A DNA stretch of 64,000 nt from Nitrosopumilaceae archaeon (GTDB lineage: Archaea > Thermoproteota > Nitrososphaeria > Nitrososphaerales > Nitrosopumilaceae). The notes under the pieces are model-generated. The model made no database searches, was not told the DNA's origin, and saw only the letters and a list, made by a program, of their open reading frames with translations. The stretch lies in contig CBDBMG010000001.1 in NCBI GenBank assembly GCA_965207375.1, positions 128,001-192,000 of the forward strand. The letters are read 5' to 3'. This document shows, piece by piece, positions 27,015 through 41,037 of the stretch (position 1 is the first letter of the stretch; the number at the start of each line of letters is the position of its first letter). A program made the position numbers and the translations under genes.

Positions 27015-27475
27015 ACGAGGATGCCATGATGTGGGCAGCTATAATGCTAGAATACTGCATGGGCTATATTTCGGCTGCTTTGCCTGGGTGAGATGTGGCT
27101 TGGTGCAGTGCATGATTCATTTGACAGAAACACTCACGGAAGGGTCCATAGATAGATAGCAGCTATCAGTAGAACAGGTGGCCCATTGTGCCCAGTAGCA
27201 GCAATTCTGCATGGCATGGCCTCATGTTTCTTGATAGGTCTGATGCGATCCATTAACAATTATTTGTTAAAGCACACCATTGAAGCATCCTGAACTTGAC
27301 TTAGTCTACCTTTATATTCATATATAACTACCGGCTGTACATGCAAGGTACTCAACAAGGTGGGGGTCAATCTTAAATTCTATGTAGGCTACAGCTTGAG
27401 CCTCAAGGCAGCCACAACAGCAAGGGCTGGGTGTCACTATGTATGATCAAGTGAGAAGGTCAGTGGCACAATTGG
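27015..27475 (+). mobile_element. Decayed DIRS/Ngaro-type tyrosine recombinase
   Basis: Fragments DAMMWAA, FGC..LGE, ISRTGGPLCPVAAIL and GVNLKFYVGYSLSLKAATTA, in the order of the DIRS YR consensus (WAA/FFGFLRxGE/CPV/GHSFRIGAAT). Confidence 0.65.
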
Positions 27476-29209
27476 CAGGGCTTCATGCAGTATGCCTGCC
27501 ATGCATGACTCTTCAGTCCTCAGTGAGGAATCGTTGTAGTGTTATGTACATTGCCAGATATTCATCCAGGGCAGCACTGAGTAATGTCTGCGAGCAAAGC
27601 AGTAGTTATATATCTAGGCGGGAATATAATGTGGCATTGGTTCTGGCTATAGCAATGGTTCTTAGCTTTGTATACAGTATAATTATTAACAATCAGTCAG
27701 ATTAAGGAGCCCACATGGTGGTTATAACAAAGCAGCTTAGCAGCAGCAGTCAACCAACTTATGATTTTCCACACAGACTCACACACAGAACATCATTGAT
27801 GCACAAGGAGGCATGGCTGGATGAGGACGCTTTAGGTAAAGGATTTTTTGGGCAGAGTGTCTTTGGCAGTGTATAATTGCTCGGTTTGGCTGGAGCCAGG
27901 GAAAATATTGAGTAGTATACAAATATGCAGCTGCTAGAACATGAGTTAATGATGCAATCACATGATCAGGTGGGAGCAATAAAATCACATGAATGGAAAC
28001 CCTATGAAAGGAGATGCTTCTACCCAACCACCAAATATTTGTAAGTCTCATCAGGAAGTGAAGGCAACATGTATATATGTGTATATATATGTACAGCTGG
28101 CAAATGTAACAAGGCGAGCTAGGGTATGTTTTACTATAGCAATATCTTTTGTTGCAATGATCACCTATTTTAATATTGCCCAGCCCTACTGGCTAGCTAG
28201 CTAGTTGCAATCTAGCTACACAATTAAACTGTTCTGCAGCTTTGAAAAATGATTTCCCAAAGCATATCATAATTACCCAGACACTCCAACACCATACCTA
28301 CTTAACTTATTTATCTACTTAATTGAGCAAGCCAATACACCACAACCATACCCATTGGGGTTTTGCGCCACTAGCAAGCCTAGCGGGCCACTTGTTATCA
28401 TAAACAATGCACACAAACAGCAAACTCCAAAACAACAAAAAACAGCAAAAAATGCAAGGGTACAAATGCAAGGGTACAGCGAGAGTGAGGGCTAGCAGAA
28501 AAACAGCAAAAAATGAAATAAAAAGTTCTGGACTACCCAGCCCTAAAGTAGTCCAAGGGAAAAAACCTGGCGGGTACACTTTAATTTATTTATTTATTTA
28601 TTTTACCCGCACAGGAAAAAACCTAAAACGCATCACTCTCATGTAACTGTATGCAAAAAAGTCTTTGAGGCATCCCATTGGTTGTGCTCCAGCTGATCAC
28701 TCTTCATCTTCACCAACACATCAGCCAGCAAAGGAAAACCTCATCATGGGTGGGATGGGGGGCAACCTGCTTAACAATGAAGAACACGTGGCGTAGAATG
28801 AGAATTCACACATTACTTACCCTTATATAGCCCATGTCACGTGACCTGTCACTTGACCTCCGATATTTAATGGGAGCTTATTTTCTGTCTAATTCGATTC
28901 TCTCAACCGACAGAAAATACATAAGTAATTCATTGTAGGAAGTAAAATTGTTAGAGGCTTGAGCCCTTCATCTGCATGTAATGCCTACACAAGTTACTGA
29001 ATGGTGAAAGAACGTACGTACCTCTACCTTAGTGTTACATGCTGGAATTGTTAACACTGATTGTTGCCCAAATCCCTGTAATATCTATGGTTTATGGGAG
29101 GTGCTTAATAACCAAAATATCATAATATTGTAATCATTGTATCAGTACTGTTAATCACTAGTAGGTATTATTTCCATTATTTATTAACTATTGTATAATT
29201 ATTTTGTAG

Positions 29210-30641
29210 ACCAAAGTAATGAAGAGAATGAGTTTTATGTGGAATTTATCAGAAATCGATTTGGTAGAAGTGATGAACAAGAAAGGATACCTCCAGTTCT
29301 TTGGATCACGACTAAAGAGTCTATGCCAGTCAACTTTGAAGTGTTCACTTTTTTGGACTTATTGCTAGTGGTGTAGCAATTCCTGAACAAGTAACATATA
29401 TCACCATACCAGTCGGATTTGTTGTGTTTGATTCAACTGAAGATAGTAGTGAGGATACACGGTTTAAAGGAATTCGTATTAAAGCACAGGATAACAGAAG
29501 GATTGTTGTCTTTGGTCAACATGAGGAAATAGCATCCAATGATGCTTATCTAGCCTTACCAATGATTTCACTGCCAACAGGAAGGTCTTATGAGTACATT
29601 GCAGCATCAATACATGGAGATTCAGGTACTAATTCACAAGCTAAAGATAGTGTGGCTCTAATTATTGGAACTGAAGATGACACTGAGATAATCCTTGAAC
29701 CATCTGTTCTCATCAGGCATCCCTTTGCTCCAGCACAAACTGGTAGACAGTTTATTCCTGGAGTTTATGTTCAGTTTCGTACTGTAACTATTCAGAGGTT
29801 TCAGACATTTTATCTTCAGGTTCGTGGTAGAGATATATCTGGTACTCGCATAATAGCAAATAAACCAATATCTGTTTTCTCTGGAGATGAGTGTGCTGAT
29901 GTTCCATTAACTAGTGAACCTTGTGACATACTGATTGAACAACTTCAACCAATAGATACATGGGGAACTGAAGTAGTTACAGTTCCACTGAGTACAAGGA
30001 GTGGTGATGTACTAAAAGTGTTCGCTTCACAAGACTCTACTACAGTTAACGTTACATATACAGACATCAGTAGTGGCATGGTTGCCAGTGATAGTTTTAG
30101 TTTCACACTTAATCGTAATGGATTTAGGGAGTTGGGGGGTACTGCAATATTTGCCACAGGGGCTATTGCTGACTTTGCCTTGATACAGTCTAATAATCCA
30201 ATTGCTGTATTTCAGTTTAGCAGAAGCTTTTCAACTGATAATAATATAATATCTGATCCATTTATGTTGTTAGTACCACCTTATGAACAATATCGTGACA
30301 ATTATGCAGTAGCTCCAGCTCCATTTGATCCTTCAATTGAAGGCACTGTTCCAGGACGAGGTTCATATGTTAACTATACTAACATAGCAGTACCAGCTGA
30401 GTATTTTAATGCTAGTTTAATAACAGTTAATAACAATCTAATTAATGCCTCAGAGTTTAGGCCAATCAGGAGAGCAGATAACAGCATATGGGCTATGGGG
30501 CACAATTACTACTAGATGAAGGAGCTCAAGTGATAAGACATCAAGACCCAAATGCAGCTCTATCAGTAACATTGTATGGATTCAGTAACCAACAGTCATG
30601 GGGTTGTACAGGAGGGACAGGTCTTGCTCTTGTTGCTTTTC
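29210..30641 (+). pseudogene. IgGFc-binding protein N-terminal (FCGBP-N) domain exon with two frameshifts
   Basis: SNDAYLALP, IIGTEDDT, DISGTRIIANKPISVFSG, EQLQPIDTWG, SDPFMLLVPPYEQY; frameshifts in a T run (29349-29354) and a G run (about 30490). Confidence 0.8.
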
Positions 30642-31109
30642 GTAGGTTGTGTTATCTTTTATTGTATGTAGCTGATTGTTAATGTATCTGTCACATGAAA
30701 ATGATGGCAGATGGAATTTTAACCAAGACAGCAGCAAGTAATGACTGGATGACTGTTGCTCTATTATCAAAGAGTAATTTCATCTGCCATCATGCAGTAC
30801 GTGTGAACAAAGTTTGCAACTATGTATAATGAAATTGTGTGACCTCAGTACAGATGTGCCAGCAGCTGCTACAACAGCTATAATCTATTGCCATAGTTGC
30901 AGTGCATATATTTTGTTACCACTAATAATCACATAGCTAGCTTGTATATAGCAATTAATCCCAAATTGTATAGTTTTAATAGCCTTGAGCATAGCAATAT
31001 TCAGTCATTGCACTCTAAAATAGCCAATCAAACTTCCTACTGACTGAATGAGTACTCCATAGTCCATAGAAGAATTTCTCGATGCTATCGTTTTATACTC
31101 AACTAGTTA

Positions 31110-31726
31110 GTCGACTAGTTTATAACAAATGCTAGCGTTGATGCAGTTGAACTTGACTCCCTGCTTCTACTAATTTTATTCAGAAGATGGGATATTTAGC
31201 CATCGATGCTATTTCAAATGACATGCCCACTTATCGAGTCATAGTGTTTAGCTGCCTTGTACAGACCTGTGCTATACTGAGGCTTTAGATAAATCAAAGT
31301 TACTTTCAGCTGCAGCAGATCGAGATGTGCACGCTGGTGTTGGGTAATGGGGTTTGATAGCAGTTAAACGCATCAACATGCTCACACTCACTCGCGTAAC
31401 AAAAAGTTTATGAACTAATAAAAACATGCAGTGACTAAATCCCCAACCACCGACCTAAGGTGTCGAAGTCCAGTGCTTTACCAATTGTGCAGTGGATTGC
31501 TGTGATCAATGGCTGTCTGGATCGACACAGGTATCTATGGGGCACTCATGTCGAAAAATTAAAGGTCTTAGAAACTTTTAAAAATAAACTTCATCATACC
31601 AGAAGACGTAGCTATCACGTCAAGCAAGTCTGATGTCGATCCATGCACCCACGGCCAAGATACTGACCACGGATGGACAGACAGAGAGACAGACAGACAG
31701 CTTTTCAGCTTTAATTATATAGTAGA
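31110..31726 (-). mobile_element. Possible non-autonomous Helitron
   Basis: Minus strand starts A|TCTACTATATAA, followed by (CTGT)n; candidate CTAG|T ends near 31102-31120. Confidence 0.4.
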
Positions 31727-32249
31727 TTCTAAATGCGCTGCTACTAAAACAAGGAAGCGAACAAGATTTGCGACCGTGCCTCAGGTTGCGTGCCTCAAGT
31801 TAGAGTGGGCATCGTAGGTCGTACTGTGTGATTAGTAGCCAATCACACATATTTTTGTGCAATTCAAGAATGATTGTACACATAACAGTCAAAATTGTAT
31901 TTTGCTTCACCCCATTCAATTACTTGACTGTTACTGGTACAATGCATGTGATTACCTATACTAATATAGAGTTAAAGAAAATTCAAAATGTTTACCATCA
32001 ACTATTCAAGCTAGCTATACACAGCCATTCATCAAAACTTTACCAATTAATGACTCATGTAGCTATAACAAATTTTACTTGATAATGACACAGCTACTGG
32101 TATAGCTAACTGTATTTAAGTATATAGCTAGCTAGCTACTCTATGAAATTGTCAGCATATTCACAATGGAGCTAATATTTATACCCTCATATGTAGCTAG
32201 GTAATGTAAAGATTATTGGTTAATAGAAATTTAATTTTAATTGGTATAG

Positions 32250-32573
32250 CAACAGATCTACCAATTATTGCTGAGGGACGATGTATACCACAACCAGAAG
32301 TTATTTCTAATAATGATGTAACAGTGATGATAGGATCTCCTGCATATATTGCTGATGGATATGATCTCACTATTACTTGTAATATTATTAATGGAATACC
32401 TCCAATAAATATTAGTTGATATCGTAATGGAGTAGTTGATTCACCTACAGGAAGCACATCAACTATCACAATATCAAATGTGGACATTAATAAAGATAAT
32501 GGTGTAGTCTATATCTGTAGAGCTGAAAATGATAAAGGATATGATGAGCAGTTCACTAGTGTTAATGTGTTTA
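32250..32573 (+). pseudogene. Ig-like domain exon with a premature stop
   Basis: DLTITCNIINGIPPINIS*YRNG...DNGVVYICRAEN; TGA at 32417-32419 replaces the conserved Trp. Confidence 0.8.
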
Positions 32574-33013
32574 GTAAGTACTTAACAATTGTAGTTGATC
32601 ACCTAACACAAACCACACCTTGAATGCATGGTCAAATTATACTGAGAGTCCATATGAAAGTGAATGATGGCAACAATGAGGATGCAGCCAAAGCTTAGCA
32701 CAATGCATTATTATATATGTATATGGACACATTATAGGTTTTTTCAAACGATTTATTCTAATTCAACTGTAGCTCTACTGCTTGCCAAATTTGTCTTTTA
32801 ATTTGAAAGAAAATTGTGTCCATATACATTATTCTTGGTAATGGCTGCCGCTGCATATTCTACAACAGCATGTGTGTACAGTAACATATAATAGCTATCT
32901 TATCTGAAATATTTAATTAACAGATCATTGGTAGCTATTAGTGAAGCTATGTAAAAGATCTGGTAATGCTGTATGAACATGCAGTGCCATGGATGACATA
33001 GCTAGTTATACCC

Positions 33014-34645
33014 AAACAAAAACAGCATGGCTGTAAAAAGTGTGAGATCAATCAGAAGCAGCATTGTAACAAGTGACCAAAGCTTTGGTATTAAGTAAGG
33101 TCAAGAAGTTAAAACTAGTAGCTAGTTAACAGGGCATTTTCACAACTATGATGGGCTTTGTCACTTGGCCATCTTTATAGCTAGTATAACGAAAAGATGG
33201 CCAAGCATTAACGCTAATCATAGTTGTGAAAATGCCCTATGAATTAGCTATTAATTTTAACTTCTTGGCCTTACTTGATATCAAAGCTTTTGGTCACTTA
33301 TAACTTGTTACAATGCTTGTTTAGGACATCACTGCTTTTTGTGCCTATACATAAACAGATGTTATAGTTTTATAAGCAAGTCTTGACGAAACCTAATATA
33401 AAGTATGTAGAGTAATTAAATTTTGTAAAGTGTCAACAAAAACTTAAACATTATAGGGAGGAGCAAGTTAATATTTTACTTGTATTTCATCAACCATTAT
33501 GAGTCATGTATATGCATGTAGTATACGTACCTAGCTTAGATGTCAGAATCCACTAGGATGAGCAAGAACTTTATACTGATTTACCAGACTCAGAGTAAGG
33601 TAATAGGTAAAATGTATAGCTAATTTACACCAATATTGTATTTTCCCACTTACAGAAGATGATGTTATATGAATACTGAGTGCTAGCTGAAGTGCAGCTA
33701 TATCATGTGCCGTAATATAATTTGTCACATTAACTACAATTAAGCAAATGCATGTCATCCACAATGTTCCTGGGCAGTCCTGGCCATTGTTTGGCACCCG
33801 GACCTATTGAAAACACAACAATTCATATAGCTAGTTATGTAAGATTATATACAATAATAGAATTAGCTATATAAGTGTATGATAACTATAGCTTTGTGCA
33901 AGTAGCTACTCCAAATGTTTAAAGCTTAATTTTGAAAAATTCGCATGTCACAGACATTAATTTTCCTCTGAGTTTTGGCAACTTTTGTCCTTCTGTGTAA
34001 AAGTTTTTCTTAAGTGCACTGATGTATTTGCTTAACTCTAAAAATTGTTTGACTCGTAGAGTATAGCTACATAGGAGAAATGCTGGTGGTAGAAATTAAT
34101 GAAAAGAATGAGTGAGTTATTAGACAACCAAGTGTGATGTACAGAATGAAATCTGAAAATAAAAATTCCAGGGTTCACACAAGCCCTCGTAAAGTGTCCA
34201 ATGAAAATAAAGAAAGAAAGAATTAGAAGAAAAAGAACAACTGCTAGGTAAATTTTTTTAATAGAAGGAGGACTTTATAACCCTGTATATCAGAAGACTG
34301 GCAGGACTGATTTCGATGAACTTCGAGTCACTGATTCTACATTAAATGAAGGTATTAATTCTTGAGTAACAAGCAAATCAGACCCAAAGGGATGGTTTGT
34401 CATGTGTAGTTACACAACGAGCACCAGAAAACTTACAATGGCTGGAACTCAGGAATGGTGATGCCGATATCCTTCATTATCATTATAGTATGAAGGTCTG
34501 TGATAATTAAATGATAACTTTTATGGCAGCTTATCTACAGCATTGGCTAATTTTTGAGCTTTGCTACGTGTAAATAATTCACTCAGTCGTCATGTACTGC
34601 TGCTTCATCTTCTTGGGCTCGCAACTCACTATCCTGAGTCTTGAT
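33014..34645 (-). mobile_element. Helentron-like HINE family A, older copy
   Basis: 5' ATCAAGACTCAG...GTGAGT on the minus strand; diverged 3' foldback at 33014-33310. Confidence 0.65.
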
Positions 34646-35271
34646 ACACAATCGTGTGTCTCCTCATTGTATCAATAGCTAATGATATACATATAAGAGT
34701 GAGCTATTAGCTATTTAGTTACAGGTATATCAAAATGATGTTTTACTGTTAAAGTTTGTATAATCAGTTTTCCTGTTACATAACAAAGTGATGTAGCTAA
34801 TGTAATTGTCATTGTTCTAGCTCCATTGTGTTCTCATGAAGTTTGTAGATCTAGAAGAAATATCTTGTGCATAATGTAAGTTTCCTATGTATAGGTAATA
34901 ATAAACTGTATTTACGTATGACTATAAATTGTGTTTAAACAGTATATTATCATATGTAGGTATTTTAATTGCAGTAGCACTTGTTTATAAGGATCCAGCT
35001 TAAGAGAAATGAAATATATAATACATGATTGTGATAGATAACGATAACACACTAAGTCCTTCATCTTATGCATGATCAATCATCTGGCTTAGCTGTGTAG
35101 GCAGTTCCATACAGTAGCTACCCAGCTGATGTCAGTAGCACTTTTGTTTATTTGTATGTTTGATTTTTACTGGAAACAGTTGACTACAATAAGACTGAGT
35201 GCATCAACATACCAAACAACGTGCATAGATAGTCAGTAGCTACATAGTTCATTGATTTAATGTGTTAATTA

Positions 35272-35451
<180 letters not shown>

Positions 35452-37261
35452 CTACTTACTATATACCCCATAGCCCTAACTCTATGTGCTTGTGTAAACC
35501 TCAAATGGGATATTGCTCTGCTGCATATTACTCTACTGAGACACGACCACTCCCAGAAAGATGTACAAGATGCAGAATTCCTACTGACTTGGAGTGTTTA
35601 AAGACATGGTCTCAATGTGTTAAGAAACAAGATTAAGATGCTCATGGCTGAGTAAGTCCTATAGCTAGTCAATAAAACAGTGTAGCTAATGATGTTAACA
35701 TAACTGGCTAGCTGTGTTCCTGTGAAATGTTCATTATAGCTAGCATACAGGCTATACAGGTTATAGGCAGTATTCCATGCAACTATACTGCAGTATTTAT
35801 GGGACAATATTTGATAGCTGCCATCCTAAATATTGTAATTTAAATGGTTGTAGCTATATATAGCCATCTATATACGTAGATATAAGAATATACATCCTAC
35901 ATAGTACGCCATAATACAGAATGCACTGTAAAGTAAGACTTTAATATAAAATGGCAGCCAAAACTATTGTATGATTCTGGTTGTCATTTTGTATGAAATT
36001 CCTTAGGTAGCTAATTCTTATTATCTGCTGTCATTTATACAGCCCACACGACGTATAAAGACTGCTGCTAACTTCAAAATCTACACCCACCCTTGCTAAC
36101 TACTGGGATCAGTGGACTGCATGAATTTAGTTTTACTACAATTTATCTTTTATAGTTAGTTTTTCCCACATAACTAGTGAACTGATTATTTTAATGCGGC
36201 TATGCACTCTTATGTTGCAATCTGTATACTGTAGGAAATTACAGCATTTGATTTAAATGATTTGTTGTTCTTGTTCATGAAATAACATAATGGTCATATA
36301 GTAGCAATATCAATTATGTAATAGTTTTGGAAAATTTTCCTCCTGAAAAATTTGATTACACAAGTGGCACAAAGACTCGTGCCAGTACCAAATAACCTGA
36401 AAATAGAAATTGTAGGTTTTATGGTAAACTTTCAGGCTGTGTGTCTTGTTGTCCATGTAGTTTCCTGGTAATTTAAGTAGCTAGCTATAATTGAGATTTT
36501 TTGACATACAAGATGTACTGAAGCACTAGCTATTTATCTATACCATTGCTTCTGGAGTCAGTTTTAGATTGTAAACAGGATGTTCCTATTAGTTTTTCCG
36601 CTGTTTATCGGTTACCATAGATAATGATGCAATACATTCATACATATGTCATTGTTTATCACATGTTCCATGGTTACTAGCTATGGAAGTAATAGTGACA
36701 TACGTAAATGGAGATTTGTCCACTTCATTTACGGATAACCGTGTGTATATTGCACTAACATCATATCAACTTGAAGCTAATGCTCAGCCCTATTTGATGC
36801 TGCAGCTGAAAAGTGAGTAGTGGATATTTATAAAAATCACTTGATTTCACTACATATAGCTATATAGCTATTTTCGAGAGGTTTGATGGCACAACACGCT
36901 ATAGCTGTAGTTAGGTGAAATACAATCATAATACATTATAATTATTTTGCTGTCAGCTGTTGAACAAATCTGTTTGTGCATGTTTACACATGAATGATGA
37001 TTATTGTTGATCATGCGCAATATTAAAAGTATGCAACCTATATTATTAATTCACAAACTCTTATTATCAATCTTGTTCATGAAAAATTGCTTGACTTACA
37101 TATACGTAGATCTTGGACTGAAATATGGTAGAACTAACAATATTATATTCGAAGTGGATATTTCACCTAATTATGCTTTGTGGCAAAATAGTACAAGTTT
37201 ACTAGTAGTACGTATATATCTCATCTCTCCTAAATTACACATGCCTAGGCCAAAGTAAATT

Positions 37262-37526
37262 GTGACCAAGTCTGCGAAAACCAGCCTTATCTGCACGCAT
37301 GTCAAATTGGACCTCATTTTGAGCCTTTCAAATTTATTATCTCTTTTTTCCTAACTTACTATAGTAGTCTATCAAAACTTTCATCATATACACAAAATTT
37401 CCTAAGGAATTCAATAAAACTTACAGATATTGTATGACCCACACAAAAAAGAGGTAGGTATGATAAAATGTATAATTAGGTGTATTTTGTGCAGATAGCT
37501 AAGACCTGTTTTGCGGACTCGGTCAC
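37262..37526. mobile_element. Sola1-like MITE
   Basis: GTGACC...GGTCAC termini; TSD AATT. Confidence 0.65.
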
Positions 37527-37636
37527 AATTAAGGTTTTGCATGCGGCAGTCAGCTGGCTAGCTAGCTAGCTATAAGCCTCTCTTTATCCATCCAGAAACG
37601 GCGCCACGTGCTTCAAACTCCAACCTCAGTAAACCA

Positions 37637-37905
37637 CACCGGTAATCTTTCGTGTGATGAACACACATACCAGCCTTATATGGATTGTCAGTAAACTCTA
37701 CCGATTATTCTTTGTGTGATGAACACACGTACCAGCCTTATATGGATTTCAGTAGTTATTCTTCGTGTGATGAACACACGTACCAGCCTTATATGGATTG
37801 TCAGTAAACTCTACCGATTATTTTTCGTGTGATGAACATACGTACCAGCCTTATATGGATTGTCAGTAAACTCTACCGGTTATTCTTCGTGTGATGGACA
37901 CATGT
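37637..37905. repeat. Minisatellite, 62-bp unit, about 4.3 copies
   Basis: Unit CGTGTGATGAACACACGTACCAGCCTTATATGGATTGTCAGTAAACTCTACCGATTATTCTT; one copy is shortened. Confidence 0.9.
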
Positions 37906-39370
37906 ATCCTTTATCGTACCATCAATGGCCAAAACGACCATTTTCATTTATGGTGACTAGTGTCCTAGTGTCTCAGAATTAATCAGGGAATGTAGGCATC
38001 AGAGTCAGTCAATTGTGCTTTATTGAATTCTCTACAAAATTAAGTTTCAACTCCTATCACCGGCTGGCTTCATTGCTTATAGACCTAGCTATATACTACC
38101 AAGAATTAGCTACTTAATACCTACCATATATCATTCACTTTAGGTGTGATAGTATAGCTTATTATTAGCTACTATTTTTGTTGTATACGTAGCTACTCAG
38201 TGCCGGATCACTCGATATCTGATTATAACAACACTGCAGTATGTGTAATACAATGTTAGCTACTTCAGTTATAAAATGATTACTCAATACCTTACTTATA
38301 TTACACATGCTGTCCATGCAAAGTGTTAGTAGCTAATACTTTACAATTTTTCATACTCCAATACTTTTACTGTCTATACTATCATGGAATTATACATACA
38401 TTACAATCTTTATGCTACTAAACTATAGCACAAAAGATATCTAATACTGAAACAACATTGCATGTGACTACTGCATGTAATCATCATAGCAGTATACGTC
38501 TCTGGATCTTTTCAAGAGCAGTAACAACCTGTTTAGTCCATGAGCATCATGCATCATGATGTAGAAGCTTATTCATTTGTGGTCTATGACCATAGGTAGC
38601 TAGCTAAGCCATATAGTTAACTTCCTCTGATGTAAGTCAGTTGAGATTATTTTAAGGTGTATAGTCTACTTTCCAAGATATAGCCGTGTTTTGTAAATAT
38701 TGGTTCCATTTCATGTGGCCAGCTAGTCCACTTTTTAGGCTTACATGACACTTAAACATTATATCAATAACCTCTAATAGAGCAGTCAAACATTCTATTA
38801 ATTCAGCCAGGTTACAAGCTGCATATATAATAGCTAACAGATAAATAAACAAAATACGTTATCTGGCCTGTGACAAGTCTGTCTGAGTCCTTGCCTCCAT
38901 ACTCCTCCAGTTTTCCTTCTTGTATATTATATATTTACTAGTTTCTTTCATCTCCATAGCAACATTTCAAGTTGACTGTTGTTAAGCAGTTGTGCTTGCA
39001 ATTGAGATCTCAAAGCAAGCTAATGCTAAAATATTGGTATCCTGAAACCTTTAACAGCGACGTGTTTATACAGTAGACACTGACTGCTGCATGGTGGATC
39101 TTCAATACACACCCACCTGGAACACACATGCCAAGTTGTTGTGTGGCTCTATACAAACATACAATAAACCAACGGTGATAATTTGTGGCTACAGTAGTTG
39201 GGACATAGACTAGTTACTCACATGAGACATACCAGCATGTTGTGAAGGCTAGTCATGTGTGACCTACTCGGCTGTCATAGTAATTTAAACTTTTGGCACA
39301 TAGCTACAAAAGGCAACAACTTCAATTTCATGAGGTCACCTGAGCATTTTATGATAATCATATTTAAACA

Positions 39371-39511
39371 GTGCTATCGTGGATTGCGCATCCGTTGTCA
39401 GTAACTGAATGGATCCCTGAAACTTGATTGATTATTTTGAACAAATTAGCCAATCAAATTTCAGGGATTTATTCCTGTTACTGACAACGGATGCGCAATC
39501 CACGATAGCAC
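39371..39511. repeat. 141-bp hairpin/palindrome
   Basis: GTGCTATCGTGGATTGCGCATCCGTTGTCAGTAAC pairs perfectly with the far end; inner stem imperfect. Confidence 0.9.
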
Positions 39512-39921
39512 ACTTTCATAAACATCACATGATTCATAGGATGTCTGTACACCGTATTTAATATCGTTGTTGCATCACGGGGCTCCTTGCCACAATCACT
39601 ATAAACGGTACACTGAAATGAAACTAAGTGAATCCTAGACAAGTTGTGTTTTCCTTAATCAGGATCATTCTGCCACTGATATCAATTGGCATGGAAATAA
39701 TTCTTGATCTATTGATTTAATGAACCAATGTATTGATATTGTTGATTTGGCTTCACACAAATACTTTGATGTGCTAATTGTCTGACACCAAACCACTGAG
39801 TGTTTTTATATTACCCGGTAAATGACAGTAATATTTTCTATATTAAATACCCAGTGCACCAGAAATTACACTTTATTATTACCTTCTGGCTGCATCCACA
39901 TATTCAACACTCATCAAACAC

Positions 39922-40359
39922 TAGGCCTGAGTCTATTATGCTCTGAAAATTGCCTATTATGCTTTTTGGCATTGCTCCAATTTTGTGCCTATTATGCTAG
40001 ATTTTATGCTACTCCACAGTCAATTATGCTAGTAATAATACACAGTTTAATGCAAAAACCTGCCTAAAATCTGACCTGTCACATGCCAGTAGTTGTTATA
40101 ACCATTTTAGTGGTGCCTAATATAATATAGCGACTATAAAGGAGTTGTAGAAGCTTAAACTGTGAAGCATTGCCTAGCAGTGGAGCTGTGGAGTAAGAGT
40201 ATTTTATAGTTTTTAGATTGTAAAAATGTTGAAATTAAGTTTAAATATGCAGCTTGCGCCCGCATTTGCAAAATCATGCCTATTATGCTGGCATTATGCT
40301 TGATGCTTTTGCACACCTATTATGCTAAAAATTATGCTGGCATAATCGACTCAGGCCTA
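39922..40359. mobile_element. hAT-type MITE, inverted twin of 12489-12926
   Basis: TIRs TAGGCCTGAGTC; 8-bp TSD TCAAACAC. Confidence 0.9.
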
Positions 40360-41037
40360 TCAAACACTCATGCATAAGAGTAATATTCCTTCACCAGACT
40401 TTCTCACTATGTGGTATTAAATTGTGATCTAGCCATGAAACTTTGTGGCTCAAATTTGATGGTTGCTTGATTGTCGGGATTAGCCGAGAAGATTTAAATT
40501 TATTCACTATGCACTGTATCATATGCATATTTTGCCCGCACATGTATTAACAATAGCATTGCCAAGGGTTCTGAGCCCCACCCAACACCAAGTGGAATAG
40601 GTCATATCCACAGAAAGCAGATCGGTATATCTACTCTAATAGAACAGTCAATTGATGTGTTACTCTAATAGAACAGTCAATTTATGTGTTACTCTAATAG
40701 AACAGTCAAATATTGGAGTCAGTGTAATAATTAAGCCTAGCTACACCACTGCGTGTGTAGGCTATCTATCCCATATGCATATCAGGGATGTGGCCACAGT
40801 AGTCGACAGCAACCAGTACTGACCACTACTACAACCTCACTGACCAGTAGCTACTAAAATTTGTCGGCATAATGCTTCTACTTGCCAGTGACTACATCAT
40901 AAAGTTATTAATTTAATATTAAAATATCTGCATAAGTGAAAATGGTTCACTTTAATTACTATAAACACAACAAAAGTGTCTAGCTACAATAAGTTGCAGA
41001 GACCTAAAATTCCTTTATGTATTGATCATTGTAGTTA

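Noticed and set aside
31440-31492. tRNA-like sequence on the minus strand (A-box-like CAATTGGTAAAGCACTGGACT)
   Set aside because: No complete cloverleaf or intact T arm; at most a tRNA-derived remnant inside a repeat.
32417-32419. TGA as Trp or Sec recoding
   Set aside because: Nuclear spliced gene; other Trp codons are TGG; a nonsense mutation is the simpler explanation.
37637-37905. CRISPR-like array
   Set aside because: Units repeat in full with no unique spacers; eukaryotic context; no cas genes.
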